DNA from: the human T2T-CHM13v2.0 reference genome, Homo sapiens
Length of the DNA: 64,000 nt
Strand: one strand, 5' to 3'
Assembly (NCBI RefSeq): GCF_009914755.1
Contig: NC_060929.1
The first letter of the stretch is position 1; each line of letters begins with the position of its first letter. Of this stretch, positions 15,798 to 27,461 are shown piece after piece. Both the position numbers and the translations under genes were made by a program. The notes under the pieces are model-generated. The model did no database searches and was not told where the DNA came from. It worked only from the letters and a program-made list of their open reading frames with translations.

Positions 15798-16736
15798 ACT
15801 ATTTGTTAAAACAGTTAGTTTCCATTAGCTCTTACTGAAACATTTAATTTTTATATAGTTCTACAGAAACATGCATCACATACTAGGAATTTAGACACCG
15901 ATTTCTTTAAAATATAACTGGTATTTTTCAATACTATTGTTTATTTAGTAAGTGCCCTTTTTGTATCAATAGGGGCAAATAATGTTAAAAATTGCTGAGT
16001 TTTATAAAAAGACTTTGAACTTACAGAGGCTATTTTGCCAAATGTTTGCCAATAAGAATAAAAGTACTTTGTAAGAAAATGCACATTATTTTCTGAAGAA
16101 AGACATTCTGTTTTGTGATTTTGAGCACTCAAGGTCACAGAATCTATGAAGGATTGTAGTTTCTTAAATATCAAGCCTTATGAAAATCGCTCTTGGCTTC
16201 GTAGAAATTATGAAATGATGGGTTTATAGAAATTTTGCATTGATGAGAAATAAAAAGTGTAAGTTCTCAGAATTCTCTGATAATGGCATTTTAAAAATAC
16301 AACCAAGGAGAAAGATCTTTTGAAGATTGAAGCCATGATTTGGGGTTTAGAAGTATATGACTAACCCCTACATAGACTAGTAAATCCACACTTCCTCTCT
16401 AAGGGGCTCTGAACACTTTCCAGCATCTGGCTTAGATAAAAGAGAACTGAAGATAAGTCTAAATTTCAGAGGGGCAGAGGGATTGATGACCACATGGGGA
16501 AAGATAACAAGTGTAAGAGTCATTTTTCTGACATTCATTTAGTTGACTTACATTAACATATCAAATTAAAATAACGTTGAAAATAATGAAAAGCTAATTT
16601 TGGAGAGGGCAATTTTGAATAAAGACTTTTGGACTAGAAGTGAACAGATCTAGCTTTATGCCAGGACCAGCCTTTGTGAAACCTTGAACTAATACCTTAG
16701 TTTCTCTTTTTAGTTTTTGCAAGCTCCTTGCAATTT

Positions 16737-17570
16737 TCTTTTTTCATCTAAAGTTTAACTTTTATTTTAAGTTCAGAGGTACATGTGTAGATTTGTTGCA
16801 TAGGCAAACTTGTATCTTGGGGGTTTGTTGTACAGATTATTTCGCCACCCAGGTATTAAGCCTAGTATCCATTAGTTATTTTTCCTGATCTTCTTCCTCT
16901 TCCCACTCTCCACCCTCTGATAGGTCCCAGTATGCATTGTTCTCCCCTAGTTATTCATGTGTTCTCATCTTTAGCTCTCACTTATAAGTGAGAACAGGTG
17001 GTATTTGGTTTTCTGTTCCTACATTAGTTTGTTAAGCATAATGGCCTCCGGCTCCATTTATGTCCCTGCAAAGGACATGATCTCATTCTTTTTTATGGCT
17101 GCATAGTATTCCAGGGTATGTAAATATTACATTTTCTTTATCCAGTCTATCATTGATTGGCATTTAGATTGATTCCATATCTTTGCTATTGTGAATAGTC
17201 TTGCAATGAACATGCACATACATATGTCTTTATAATAGAATAATTTATATTCCTTTGGATATATACTCAGTAATGGGGTTGCTGGGTTGAATGGTATTTC
17301 TGTCTTTAGGTCTTTGAGGAATCACCACACTGTCTTCCACAATGGTTGAGCTCATTTACAACAGTGTATAAGTGTTCCTTTTTCTCCATGACTTTGCTAG
17401 CATCTGTTATTTTTTGACTTATAGTAATAGCCATTTTGACTGGTGTGAGATGGCATCTCATTATGGTTTTGATTTACATTTCTCTAATGATCAATGATGT
17501 TGAGCTTTTTTTTTTTAAAGATATGATTGTTGGCCACATGTATGTCTTCTTTTGAGAATGATATTCTGTA
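16737..17570 (-). mobile_element. 5'-truncated L1 (L1PA13-16/L1PB-like) 3' end
   Basis: TTTTAAGTTCAGAGGTACATGTG...GGGGTTTGTTGTACAGATTATTTC antisense 3' UTR continuing into the ORF2 C-terminus. Confidence 0.9.
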
Positions 17571-17715
17571 TCCCCATATTGGTTGGGATGGAATGCTGAC
17601 TTCATTTGCAACACAGCTTTGAAACTCAGACCTTTTTGAAGACATGACCTGAATTTCATCTCATACACTGCAAAATCTGTTCAGAGTTGTGGTGATGGAA
17701 ATATATATTGCTGCC

Positions 17716-18160
17716 TGTAGTGGTCTTAATAGTGTTCCCCACCAAATTTATGTCCATCTAGAACCTTGGAATTGATCTTATGTGGAAATAAGATCTTTGA
17801 AGAGGTAATGAGCTGAGGTTCTTGAGATGAAATCTTCCTGGGATTAGGGTGCACCTGAAACTCAGTGACAGGTTTCTGTATAAGAAAAGGAGAGGTCACA
17901 GAGAGACATACAGGCAAGAAAACCATATGAAGATGAAGGCGGAGATGAAAGTTATGCTGCCAAAAGCCAAAGAACACCTGAAGCCACCAGAAGCTCAAAG
18001 AGGCAAGGAAGGATCCTCCCCTGGAGCCTTCAGAGAGAGCATGGCCCTGTCAGCACCTTACTTCCAGACTTCCAGCCTCCAGAACCATGTGAGAATAAAG
18101 TTCTCCTGTTTTAAACATCCAGGTTTGTGGTAATTTTCTACAACATTCCTAGGAAACTAG
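17716..18160 (+). mobile_element. MLT1C-like MaLR solo LTR
   Basis: GGATCCTCCCCTGGAGCCTTCAGAG...CAGCCTCCAGAACCATGTGAGAATAAA...CCTAGGAAACTA. Confidence 0.85.
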
Positions 18161-18370
18161 GGTCCTACCTCAGATATCTTTTTGTTTCCATCTCATTTCT
18201 AATTATTTGGTAAAATGCTTAGTTTCGATGTCAGAACCATAAACATGGCGAGTCACAGATTACAGGGCCAGGACCCGAGATATGAGGCAATGTGCAAAGG
18301 TGAGGGTCTTTATTCTTGGAGCAGTCTCTGGAAGCCCCTGGTCAAGGCAGAGTCAGAACTCCAGGATCAA

Positions 18371-19131
18371 GGGTTTCTGCCCCAGCCACACGCATGTCTG
18401 CTGAAGCTCTGCTCATCACTCTCGCTCCCGCAGCCTCACACTGTGCTCTCTGTATTGTTCCTGTCCTCAGGGGAGCTGCCTTACCTTGGGGACCCTAGAA
18501 TTAGGCAGTGTCCTTGAATTAGCCATGCCCTCCTCTGCGCCCACAGCAGAAAGGCACACCTATTTCACTCTCAACGTCCTAGAGTTGAACCCACTTTTTC
18601 CTCCTGAACAGTCCATGGAAATCTTGACACTGTTATCAGAAAAATGGGGAGACAAGTTTAGCTGGATAGGCAATGGCATTAGTCTACGTCAAAAGGCAAA
18701 GGGAGGTTTGACTTTTATACGTATTTTCTTATTGATGAAGATGAAACACAGGACCTTTAATTAAAAATTCTCCCCATATTTTCTTATCCCCACATATGCC
18801 TATGCATCAGTATTTGTATGTTGGACACAAAGCACATACATTTGATGAAAAAGAGTGACTGGGATTAGAGTAGTCATATTTCACATAAGCTCAGGGCTTT
18901 ATATTTCATTAAGGTTTCTTCTACACCATCCTTCAGAATAACCTCTGGATTGGACATTAGAGTACAGATAATATTTTCATCTTCTCTATTTTGCAAACAA
19001 ACCAACAAACCAAACTAACTTGTTCCTACTCCCGACCCTCAGTTAGGAAATGACTAGAATTGAAATCTGCTGGCACTTCCCACAGAGATGTTTCCATCAG
19101 CTGAACTCAAACTGAAGACAGACAAATTTGG
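18371..19131. repeat. Local direct duplication, copy A (~760 bp)
   Basis: Collinear with 21185-21945; offset 2814 at both ends. Confidence 0.92.
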
Positions 19132-19521
19132 TTTGGCACATTCCATTTCAGGCTGTGGTTCTCAGCCCTGTGGGCAAAGTGAGTTCTATCAAGAACTCGA
19201 GAAGGTAGAAGGTCACAGCCAAAGCCAACCTTGGTGTTAGTACACCAAGTACACCAAGAAGTAACAAGTACACCAAGAAGTCAGGTGGTGAAGAATCTGG
19301 AGTGGCCTCAGAAATCAGATCATCAAGAATTGAAAGACCAGGGCCAACTGCAAGAAAACTGATACAAGGCAATAAAACAGAAAGCCCCTTGCAATCTGAG
19401 TGGCCATACCATGCTTTTAACCTACGTAGGAACAAGTATGAGAGTAAGACACTGTGCAGGCTAAAGAAAGTAGTAGGCTTTGGCAAATGGATGTTATCAG
19501 CTAGTTCAAGAATCTAAAACA

Positions 19522-19817
19522 GGCCAGTCAGGGTGGCTCATGCCTGTGACCCCAGCACTTTTGGAGGCCGAGGCAGGAGGGATGCTTGAGCACAGGAGTT
19601 TGAGACTAGCTTGGGCAACACAGTGAGAACTTCTCTTTACTAAAATAAAAATTAAAAGTATTAACCGGTGTGGTGGTGAGTAGTCCCAGTGACTTGGGAT
19701 GCTATGTTGGGAAGGATCACCTGAACCTGGGAAGTTGAGGCTGCAGTGAATCATGTTCACACCACGGCACTCCAGCCTGGGCAGCAGAGTGAAACCTTGT
19801 CTCAAAATTAAAAGAAA
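19522..19817 (+). mobile_element. AluJ SINE
   Basis: Diverged Alu with GAGGCTGCAGTGA; exact TSD AAGAATCTAAAACA at 19508-19521 and 19818-19831. Confidence 0.93.
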
Positions 19818-21184
19818 AAGAATCTAAAACAAGGAAGGTCATTTTACACATATTGTATTGCCATCCATTTTGTAATTACATGTATGTCAGCATATATGTG
19901 CATAAAATACTTTAGAAAGATAGGTGAAATATTTAATAACTCTTTAAGTGTGTGCTTTTCTTTCATGAGCATTTGCTAATTTGATACTTGAAACAATAAA
20001 GCTACTTCCCTTTTGAAACAAAAGCAACAAGTGAGAAAACACAACCTAATTCTAGAAAATAAACGCATGAGCTGCAGGAAAACAATGAACAAATATTTTA
20101 AAATTAAAAGGGTATGTCAGAAGTTTCGATGAATTGTATAGAATACAAAAGCAGAATAACTTTCTGTGGGAAAGTTTAATAGAATGCTTCGGGGATTTAT
20201 CATGCTCTGATTTTTTGCCTTACTGAGAGAATTGCAGCCATTCGAATAAAATTCCTTAAGACATTAGAAATGTCTTAGAGTCTGACTGCTGAAGCTTTGA
20301 ATTATGCGGAACAGCAGTTTAGCTGTTTGTGCACCATTTGTTTGAAACTCTCATTGGTACCTGATAAATACACACATACATCCCTTCAGTCCCTTAAAGG
20401 AGCATGTCCAAAGCAACCGCTAGCAACATCACCTGCCAATATCACAGCATCGTTCTTCATGGCCTGAGACCAGTAGTCGAATAAAGTAGTAGACAGCTGC
20501 AAAGTGAAAAGGTAGGGAGTGTGGGCAAATCACCTACTGAGTATACAGACTCCATGTGTAAGGCTTGGAAAAATCCCATGGAATTTTTAAAATTTGTGTC
20601 TTTCTTCTCCACTAGGTAGGAAGGGGTTTGGCACCTTTTTCTCCATATGTTGTATCTGTGGCTGGGAGGTAAAAGTTGCCAGTTCAGAGAATACAAATGG
20701 AGCCCCATTGCTGCCCTAGGAGTTCTGGGGAGGACCTCTCCGGGCACATTCTGCATTGGCAAGTTGACACACAACTCGGCATTAGAAGCTGGGAGGGCAA
20801 GCGAGGCTATTTCATTCCAAATTTCCCCTTTAGGGACATTTAGGTGATCCTAATTGTTTATGACTCTGAACATCATTTTGCCAATCACATTTTCAAATGG
20901 CCTTGAATATAGCTCTCTATTTGCCATTTGGGAGATTTTTCTTATACATATTTGTATAAATTTAGGATGTAGCCTATTAAAGTTTAGTGGCAGAAGCATA
21001 TTAACCTACCATATTACTATAATAGACCATTTTAAAAAGAGTATGTTTATTTTAAAAAATGCTAGTGTCTCAAGATGCCTGTTAGATAGGATCTTTCTCT
21101 TTCTTTTTTTTGCAAGTTCAAAAATGTCTATCTGAGACTGGCAAGAGCAGAAGAGATTTGTCAGCTCTAAGACTGAAGTTCCAG

Positions 21185-21945
21185 GGGTTTCTGTTCCAGC
21201 CACACATAGGCCTGCTGAAGCTCTGCCCATCACTCTTACTCTCCAAGACTCCTGCTGTGCTCTCTGTGTTGATTCCGTTCTCTGCGGGGCTGCCCAACCT
21301 TGGGACCCTGGAACTAGGCAGTGTTCCTGATATCCACACCCTCCTCTGCACCCGCTGCAGAAAGGCACACATATTTCACCCTTAAAGTCCAGGAGTGGAA
21401 CCTGTTCTCTGCTCCTGAACATTCTAAGGAAATCTTGACACTGTTATTAGAAAAATGGGAAGGCAGGATCAGCTAGGTAGACAAAGGCAAGCATCATGTC
21501 AAAAGGCCAAGGGAAGTTTGACTTTTATACGTGTTTTCTTATGGATGAAGATGTAACACAGGACCTTTAATTTAAAATTCTCCCTGTGTATTTTTTATCC
21601 CCACACATGGCTATGCATCAGAATTTGTATGTTGGACACAAAGTACATAATTTGAAAAAAAAGAGCAAGTGGGATTACAGCGGCCATATTTCACATGAGC
21701 TTAGTGCTTTATATTTTGTTAAGGTTTCTTCTACACCGTTTCCTGTTAGCTTCAAAATAACCGGTGGATGAGACATTAGAGAATATAATAGTTTCATCTC
21801 TATTTTACAAACAAACTAACAAACCAAACTGACATGTTTCTATTCCAGACCATCAGTTAGGAAATGACTAGAACTCGAAGCTTCTGGCACTTCCTGCAGA
21901 GATGTTTCCATCAGCTGAACTCAAATTGCAAATAGACAAATTTGG
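21185..21945. repeat. Local direct duplication, copy B (~760 bp)
   Basis: Shares e.g. GGAAATCTTGACACTGTTAT, TTTGACTTTTATACGT and AGAGATGTTTCCATCAGCTGAACTCAAA with copy A. Confidence 0.92.
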
Positions 21946-22405
21946 ATTTTTAGAGTATTTGAAATAAGCCTTTAGAATACTGGCAATTTCATTGAACTAA
22001 ATGACTTCAAACTCAAAACACTTAGCTGTAGTGAAAAGTTTATATATATCATTTACATTTAAACATACTGTAAAGTCTCACTGTTGTTTTCAGATGGCAT
22101 ATGTAGATATCTACTTGTTTTCCACTAATTCACAAGTATTTGAAAAATATGCATGGAGCAGGTATGTGAATGTCAGGAGTGAAGGAAGGAAAGGGTTAAT
22201 TAAATCTAGTTCTAAATGTTGAGAATTGTATGAGGTCAGATAAAATAAATGTGAGTAATTAATCAGCCTAGTGGTATAATACTAAATATTCAGAAATAGC
22301 AATAGAGCAAAAATAATTGGTTTGTGTCACAAAATTATAGACGATTTGTCAAAATAACATTTATATGGGAAATTATTTAGGATATACATGTTTAAAATTT
22401 CTTGA

Positions 22406-22764
<359 letters not shown>

Positions 22765-23054
22765 TGTAAAAATTTTTAGACATCTTTGGGGGTATGTTTT
22801 AAGGACCACACGCCCTATTACTTTTCTTCTTTAGCTGCCCACCCCAAAATCTTCTCAGGGACTAGACCCTTTCTTGCCTTTGACTCTTTTGTCTTAAGGG
22901 AGCTGAAGCCCCAGAGACCCTACCTTGTACTTTACAAAGCTCCACTTTCTCAGCTCAACAGTCTAACCCACAAGCCGCGTGGAGGGCCTCGTGGGATGGG
23001 AATACAGTGACCAGCAGTTACACAAGATCCACTGCCTGCCTTAGGAAGAAATAC

Positions 23055-23286
23055 GGTAAACATATGAGCACCAGTATCTTTTTAATATAATGATTTATTT
23101 TGCATTGGGTAGATACCCAGTGGTGGAATTTCTGGATAGAATCACATTTACATTTTTGTTCTTTGAGAAATGACAATACTGTTTTCCAGTGATGATTGGA
23201 CTGTAAGTCCAGACTTCTCCGCTACACAATATATCCATATAACAAAACTGCGCTTGTTTCCTTTAAATTTATACAAATAAAAAAAT
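23055..23286. mobile_element. Short L1PB/L1MA-like insertion with inverted 5' part
   Basis: ~23055-23188 antisense ORF2 end (TGGGTAGATACCCAGTGGTGG); 23189-23286 sense 3' terminus (ATATATCCATATAACAAAACTGCGCTTG...AATAAAAAAA). Confidence 0.8.
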
Positions 23287-23399
23287 TTTAAATGTGGCTG
23301 GAGAGAAATTGTACATTTTTTTTTTAAATGCCTGGACATGGCTTTGCTCAGACTGAAGACCTGGGCTTTCCTCCTATGTCCAGGACAGAGAGACTCTGT

Positions 23400-23612
23400 A
23401 GATGATTGGTAAAGGCGCGGGAGGAGGCGGGTGAGGGAAAGTAAAAGATAAGGTGGAGGGGAGCTGGGGAGAAATCAATGTGAAGGCGAAAATGCTTTTA
23501 GTTCTTAAATAAAGACTCTTACAGTTTTGGGTTTAGGGAGCGCTGCATGTTGGAGATGGAACTGATATCAAAGAAATGAGCTGCTTTAAGCCTAAAGGGA
23601 GTCCGGTGAGGC
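23400..23612 (+). promoter_or_regulatory. Promoter-like patch with a possible first-exon splice donor
   Basis: ATTGG (reverse CCAAT) 23405-23409, GGCGCGGGAGG, GAGGCGGG GC-box, downstream CCG|GTGAGG donor at 23605/23606. Confidence 0.35.
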
Positions 23613-23680
23613 TTTTTACCTAATTGCACAGCCTGCAGCTCCCTAGACAGAATAAATGCTAAATAAATCAGTGCTTGGAA

Positions 23681-23683
<3 letters not shown>

Positions 23684-23724
<41 letters not shown>

Positions 23725-23756
23725 GAGAGAGAGAGAGACGGAGAAAGAGAGAGAGA
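23684..23756. repeat. Compound (TG)18-(GA)n microsatellite
   Basis: Direct reading. Confidence 0.95.
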
Positions 23757-24254
23757 AAAAGGATGCTAAGGGCACAAGTGCATTTTTTTGGGAACTAAAA
23801 CAAAATATTTTCTGGCTTCCTAGAGGTAATTTTATAGTGTTGCTAAAGTGGTGCTTTTACATTTTGTTTAGCTCAAAGGTTTTTGCTAAAATATGTCTAT
23901 TTTCCTAGGACAAACAGTAAAGCTTGTCCTCATTGTTTTCCAACTAGTTGACAGCTAATACACCTGGAAATAGCAAATATCACCATTTGTAAACTAACAG
24001 AAATGCCTACTTTTATTTCCAACTACCATGCGCTGTTCTGGGCAGTACTTACTTAATATAAGGTCCTAAAATGTCAGTGAAATTTGATAAGGATATTTAG
24101 GCAAATAATGTATTTTAACATTGTTATAAAAATATTTTTAGTAGACGGTTTTGAAGGCCTTTCCGTTGTATATCTGAAATCTTACTGTGACAAATACTTT
24201 TTTAAAAAAATGTGGATGTGGCAAACATGGTTATAATACCAATGTGGGATAAGG

Positions 24255-24256
<2 letters not shown>

Positions 24257-24288
<32 letters not shown>
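24257..24288. repeat. (GT)16 microsatellite
   Basis: Direct reading. Confidence 0.95.
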
Positions 24289-24292
<4 letters not shown>

Positions 24293-24332
24293 ATTCAGGG
24301 CAATAGGGAATTACACATTTAAAGATGATGTT

Positions 24333-24680
<348 letters not shown>

Positions 24681-25019
24681 CTATAGAATGTGAATAGAAC
24701 CAGAAGATGAAAACGATAAAAAAAAAAAGAAATATTGGTAGGTAGATTGGTTTAATGTCAATCATATGAAACAATATATATGAAAATGCTTTGCAAACAT
24801 GCAAATATACAACCATTTGCTATTAGGAGAATTCCATGTTACAGTTTGAAAAATAAATTGGACTCATTTAAGAATGGTGAAAAATTTAATAAGCTGAGAA
24901 GACAAACTGATATGAAGTTTAATGGGAGAAAATGTATAGCCTGGATTGTCTATTTCATCCGGAAGGGGAAGGAAATAGACACCTACGACGGCCTGGTGAA
25001 GGGGGAATATCCAGAACCT

Positions 25020-25060
25020 GCCTCCCAAAGTGCTGGGATTACAGGCATGAGCCACCACGC
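25020..25060 (-). mobile_element. Isolated Alu 5' fragment (~40 bp)
   Basis: GCCTCCCAAAGTGCTGGGATTACAGGCATGAGCCACCACGC with no other Alu sequence adjacent. Confidence 0.85.
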
Positions 25061-25064
25061 TGTT

Positions 25065-25400
25065 ACATATTCTATTTTGTCATTTTCAGCTGCTGTAATT
25101 TCCATTATATGAAGGCCAATTCTCGGTTTTGGAAATGTAGGTGGCTTCTAGCAGTCACTGTTAAAAACAAGACTGTTATGAATGTCTTTGTAGACATGGA
25201 CACCATGCTGAGTTACGGATACATTCTTGTAAACAAAGTTACCAGGTCAAAGGCAAGCACCCATTTCAGGCTTCTGATGTCACTGCTAAGTTGATCTTTG
25301 GAAAAGTTCACTTGACCAACAGTATGTCAAATTGCCTATTTCCAAGCACAACAGTAGCTTTAGAGATTCAGTGTTTAATCTCTGCCAGGCTTATTGGTGA
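25065..25400 (-). mobile_element. Very old L1ME-like fragment
   Basis: Decayed antisense ORF2 C-terminal pattern (CTGTTATGAATGTCTTTGTAGAC...GGTCAAAGG...ACCAACAGTATG). Confidence 0.6.
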
Positions 25401-25944
25401 ACGCCATCTAGCATGTTGAATGACTCTGAGATGATGAGCCCATTTAGTTAGAATAAGGGGAGGCCTATCTGTAGAAATGGCATAAACCATCTCTACTCAG
25501 AGATCACCCTACCGGCCTGTGGGGCAGTGCCATGCTTGTGTGAAATAAGAATGTAGTTGGTGCGTCCCTTTAGGTAAGTCTCCGAGTTGGTCATGGAGCA
25601 TCAGTCCTTTCCCCCAAGGATACTCTCTCCAAGTGATTTCTGGAAGCCCTAAGAGGGTGCCCCTGCATCCCCACAAACAAGCCTGACCCTTTGCCATTCT
25701 CCATGGGTAAATTACCCCTCGCCAAAAGGCAGAGCGTGCAAATTCCCGGAGAACGCTCCTGCTTTCAGACTCACAGGAACACTGAGAACTCCTGGCCGGT
25801 CTCAGAGCTGCTGTTCCTCCAGACTGTAGGCTGGTGCTGGGCAGAGGCCAAGAGGGAGAAGGGGCCTCCCCCAACACTCAGAGGTGAACTCGAACAACAG
25901 TGGTGAAGGGAAATTCTCAGCATGAGCCTGGGAAGCTGAAGGTT

Positions 25945-26245
25945 GGGGGCCGGAACAGCCTGAAGTCTTATTTACTCACATGAGGGGCTGTCACATGGGA
26001 CCCTGGCTGGGCCTCTTGCCTGAAACATCTCCCTGTGGCTTCTCCCTGTGGGCAGGGCTTCTTCACAGTGTGTCACTGGGTTGCACAGGTGAGCATCTGA
26101 AAAGTGAGAGAGGCAGGCACAGAAGTCAGGTGCATCACTTTGACCACATCCTGTTCATTCACCTGCCAGGTTCAAGGGAAGGAGAAAAATCGTCCACCTG
26201 TAAATGGGGGAGCACACGTGGGACCAGAAATATTGCTGCATCCTC
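25945..26245 (-). mobile_element. Old MLT1 (F/G/H-like) LTR fragment
   Basis: TTTACTCACATG...TGGCTTCTCCCTGTGGGCAGGGCTTCTTCACAG...GGTTCAAGGGAAGGAG. Confidence 0.65.
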
Positions 26246-26590
26246 AATGGGAAAATGCTTCTGCAACACGGTTGAGAGTTGCCAATATTATCTTCATTTT
26301 GCCATCAACCTGCCACGTTTCAGGGAATTTTCTACTTGTTTGGATTGGCAATTTTCCACCTTCTCTTTTTCTCAAATATAGGTTGCAGAATTCGAGTCAC
26401 AAATAGCGTGAGGGCAAACAACGCGGGCACAGTGGACTTCAGAGAAGCATTAATGAAACTTTAAATCGCACGTGGCCTCAGGATATCCCACACAGTGTCT
26501 GTGGCAATATGCAAATTTGTGGTATATGAAATTAGGAGTGTCTTATTTCAAACTCCAAATTGGCCTTCAGGAAATTGCTTCTGAAGTTAC

Positions 26591-27003
26591 TGTATTAGTT
26601 TGCTAGGGCTGCTATAGCAAAATAAAACAACTAGGTGACCTGAACAGCAGAAATTTATTTTCTTACAATTCTGGGGGCTGGAAGTCCAAGATCAAGGTGT
26701 TAGCAGGGTCAGGTGTTAGCAGGGTTAGATCAAGGTGTTAGAAGGCCCTCTCCTGGGCTTCTGGATGGCCTCTTCCTCTGGTGTCCACACATCGTCTTCC
26801 ATCTTTGCATGTTTCTGTCTTAATCTCCTCTTCTTATAAGGATACCAGTCGTACTGGATTAGAGGCCACTCTAATGACCTCCTTTACCTTAATTAACTCT
26901 TTAAAGACCCTGTTTCCAAATATGGTTACATTATGAGTTATTGGGGTGGGGGGCTTTAGAACTTGAATATACAAATTTGGGAAGACAAAATTAGCTGCAA
27001 TAA
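26591..27003 (-). mobile_element. MLT1A0-like MaLR solo LTR
   Basis: TGTATTAGTTTGCTAGGGCTGC...GGAAGTCCAAGATCAAGGTG...TCTTATAAGGATACCAGTC. Confidence 0.9.
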
Positions 27004-27461
27004 TCACTGCTATAGAAAGTCTTATGACAGTGACCTTGTAGGCTACTCCGGAGTCACATTTTCATCTGTCTTCTAGACATTTTGTGTCTGATAATCTTCC
27101 TTTCCTCAATGCTTCCTAATCCTGATTTTTCTGTGTCTGTTTAGAATATCTCATCCTCTCAAGGCATCAGGACAAAAATGAATAAATAAAAAATAGTAAC
27201 TAAACAAAAATCTCCAGTGTTAACTATAATTTTCTGTCTTTTTTTTTTTTTTTGTATCCTAAGTCCTCATGATTATTCCTTTGAAGTAACTTCCATTTTT
27301 GTCCCTTCTTACTTCTCCATCTCACTTCTGGCTTTTCTCATGGTTTTTGTCTTTTATCAGATTGATACAGTGTGTTACATTAATTTGTTTAAAACATTAA
27401 ACCAACCCTGCATCCTTAGGATAAATCCTACTTTTTAATGTGCTTAAAAAAAAAAAAAGAA

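Noticed and set aside
19330-19415. Minus-strand peptide HGMATQIARG resembling a kinase alphaE helix, and recurring WPL words in exon-like blocks
   Set aside because: No HRD/DFG motifs follow; the matches are too short to exceed chance
20257-20277. Short hairpins (also 9199-9218 and 55177-55195)
   Set aside because: 7-9 bp stems are expected by chance in 64 kb of AT-rich DNA
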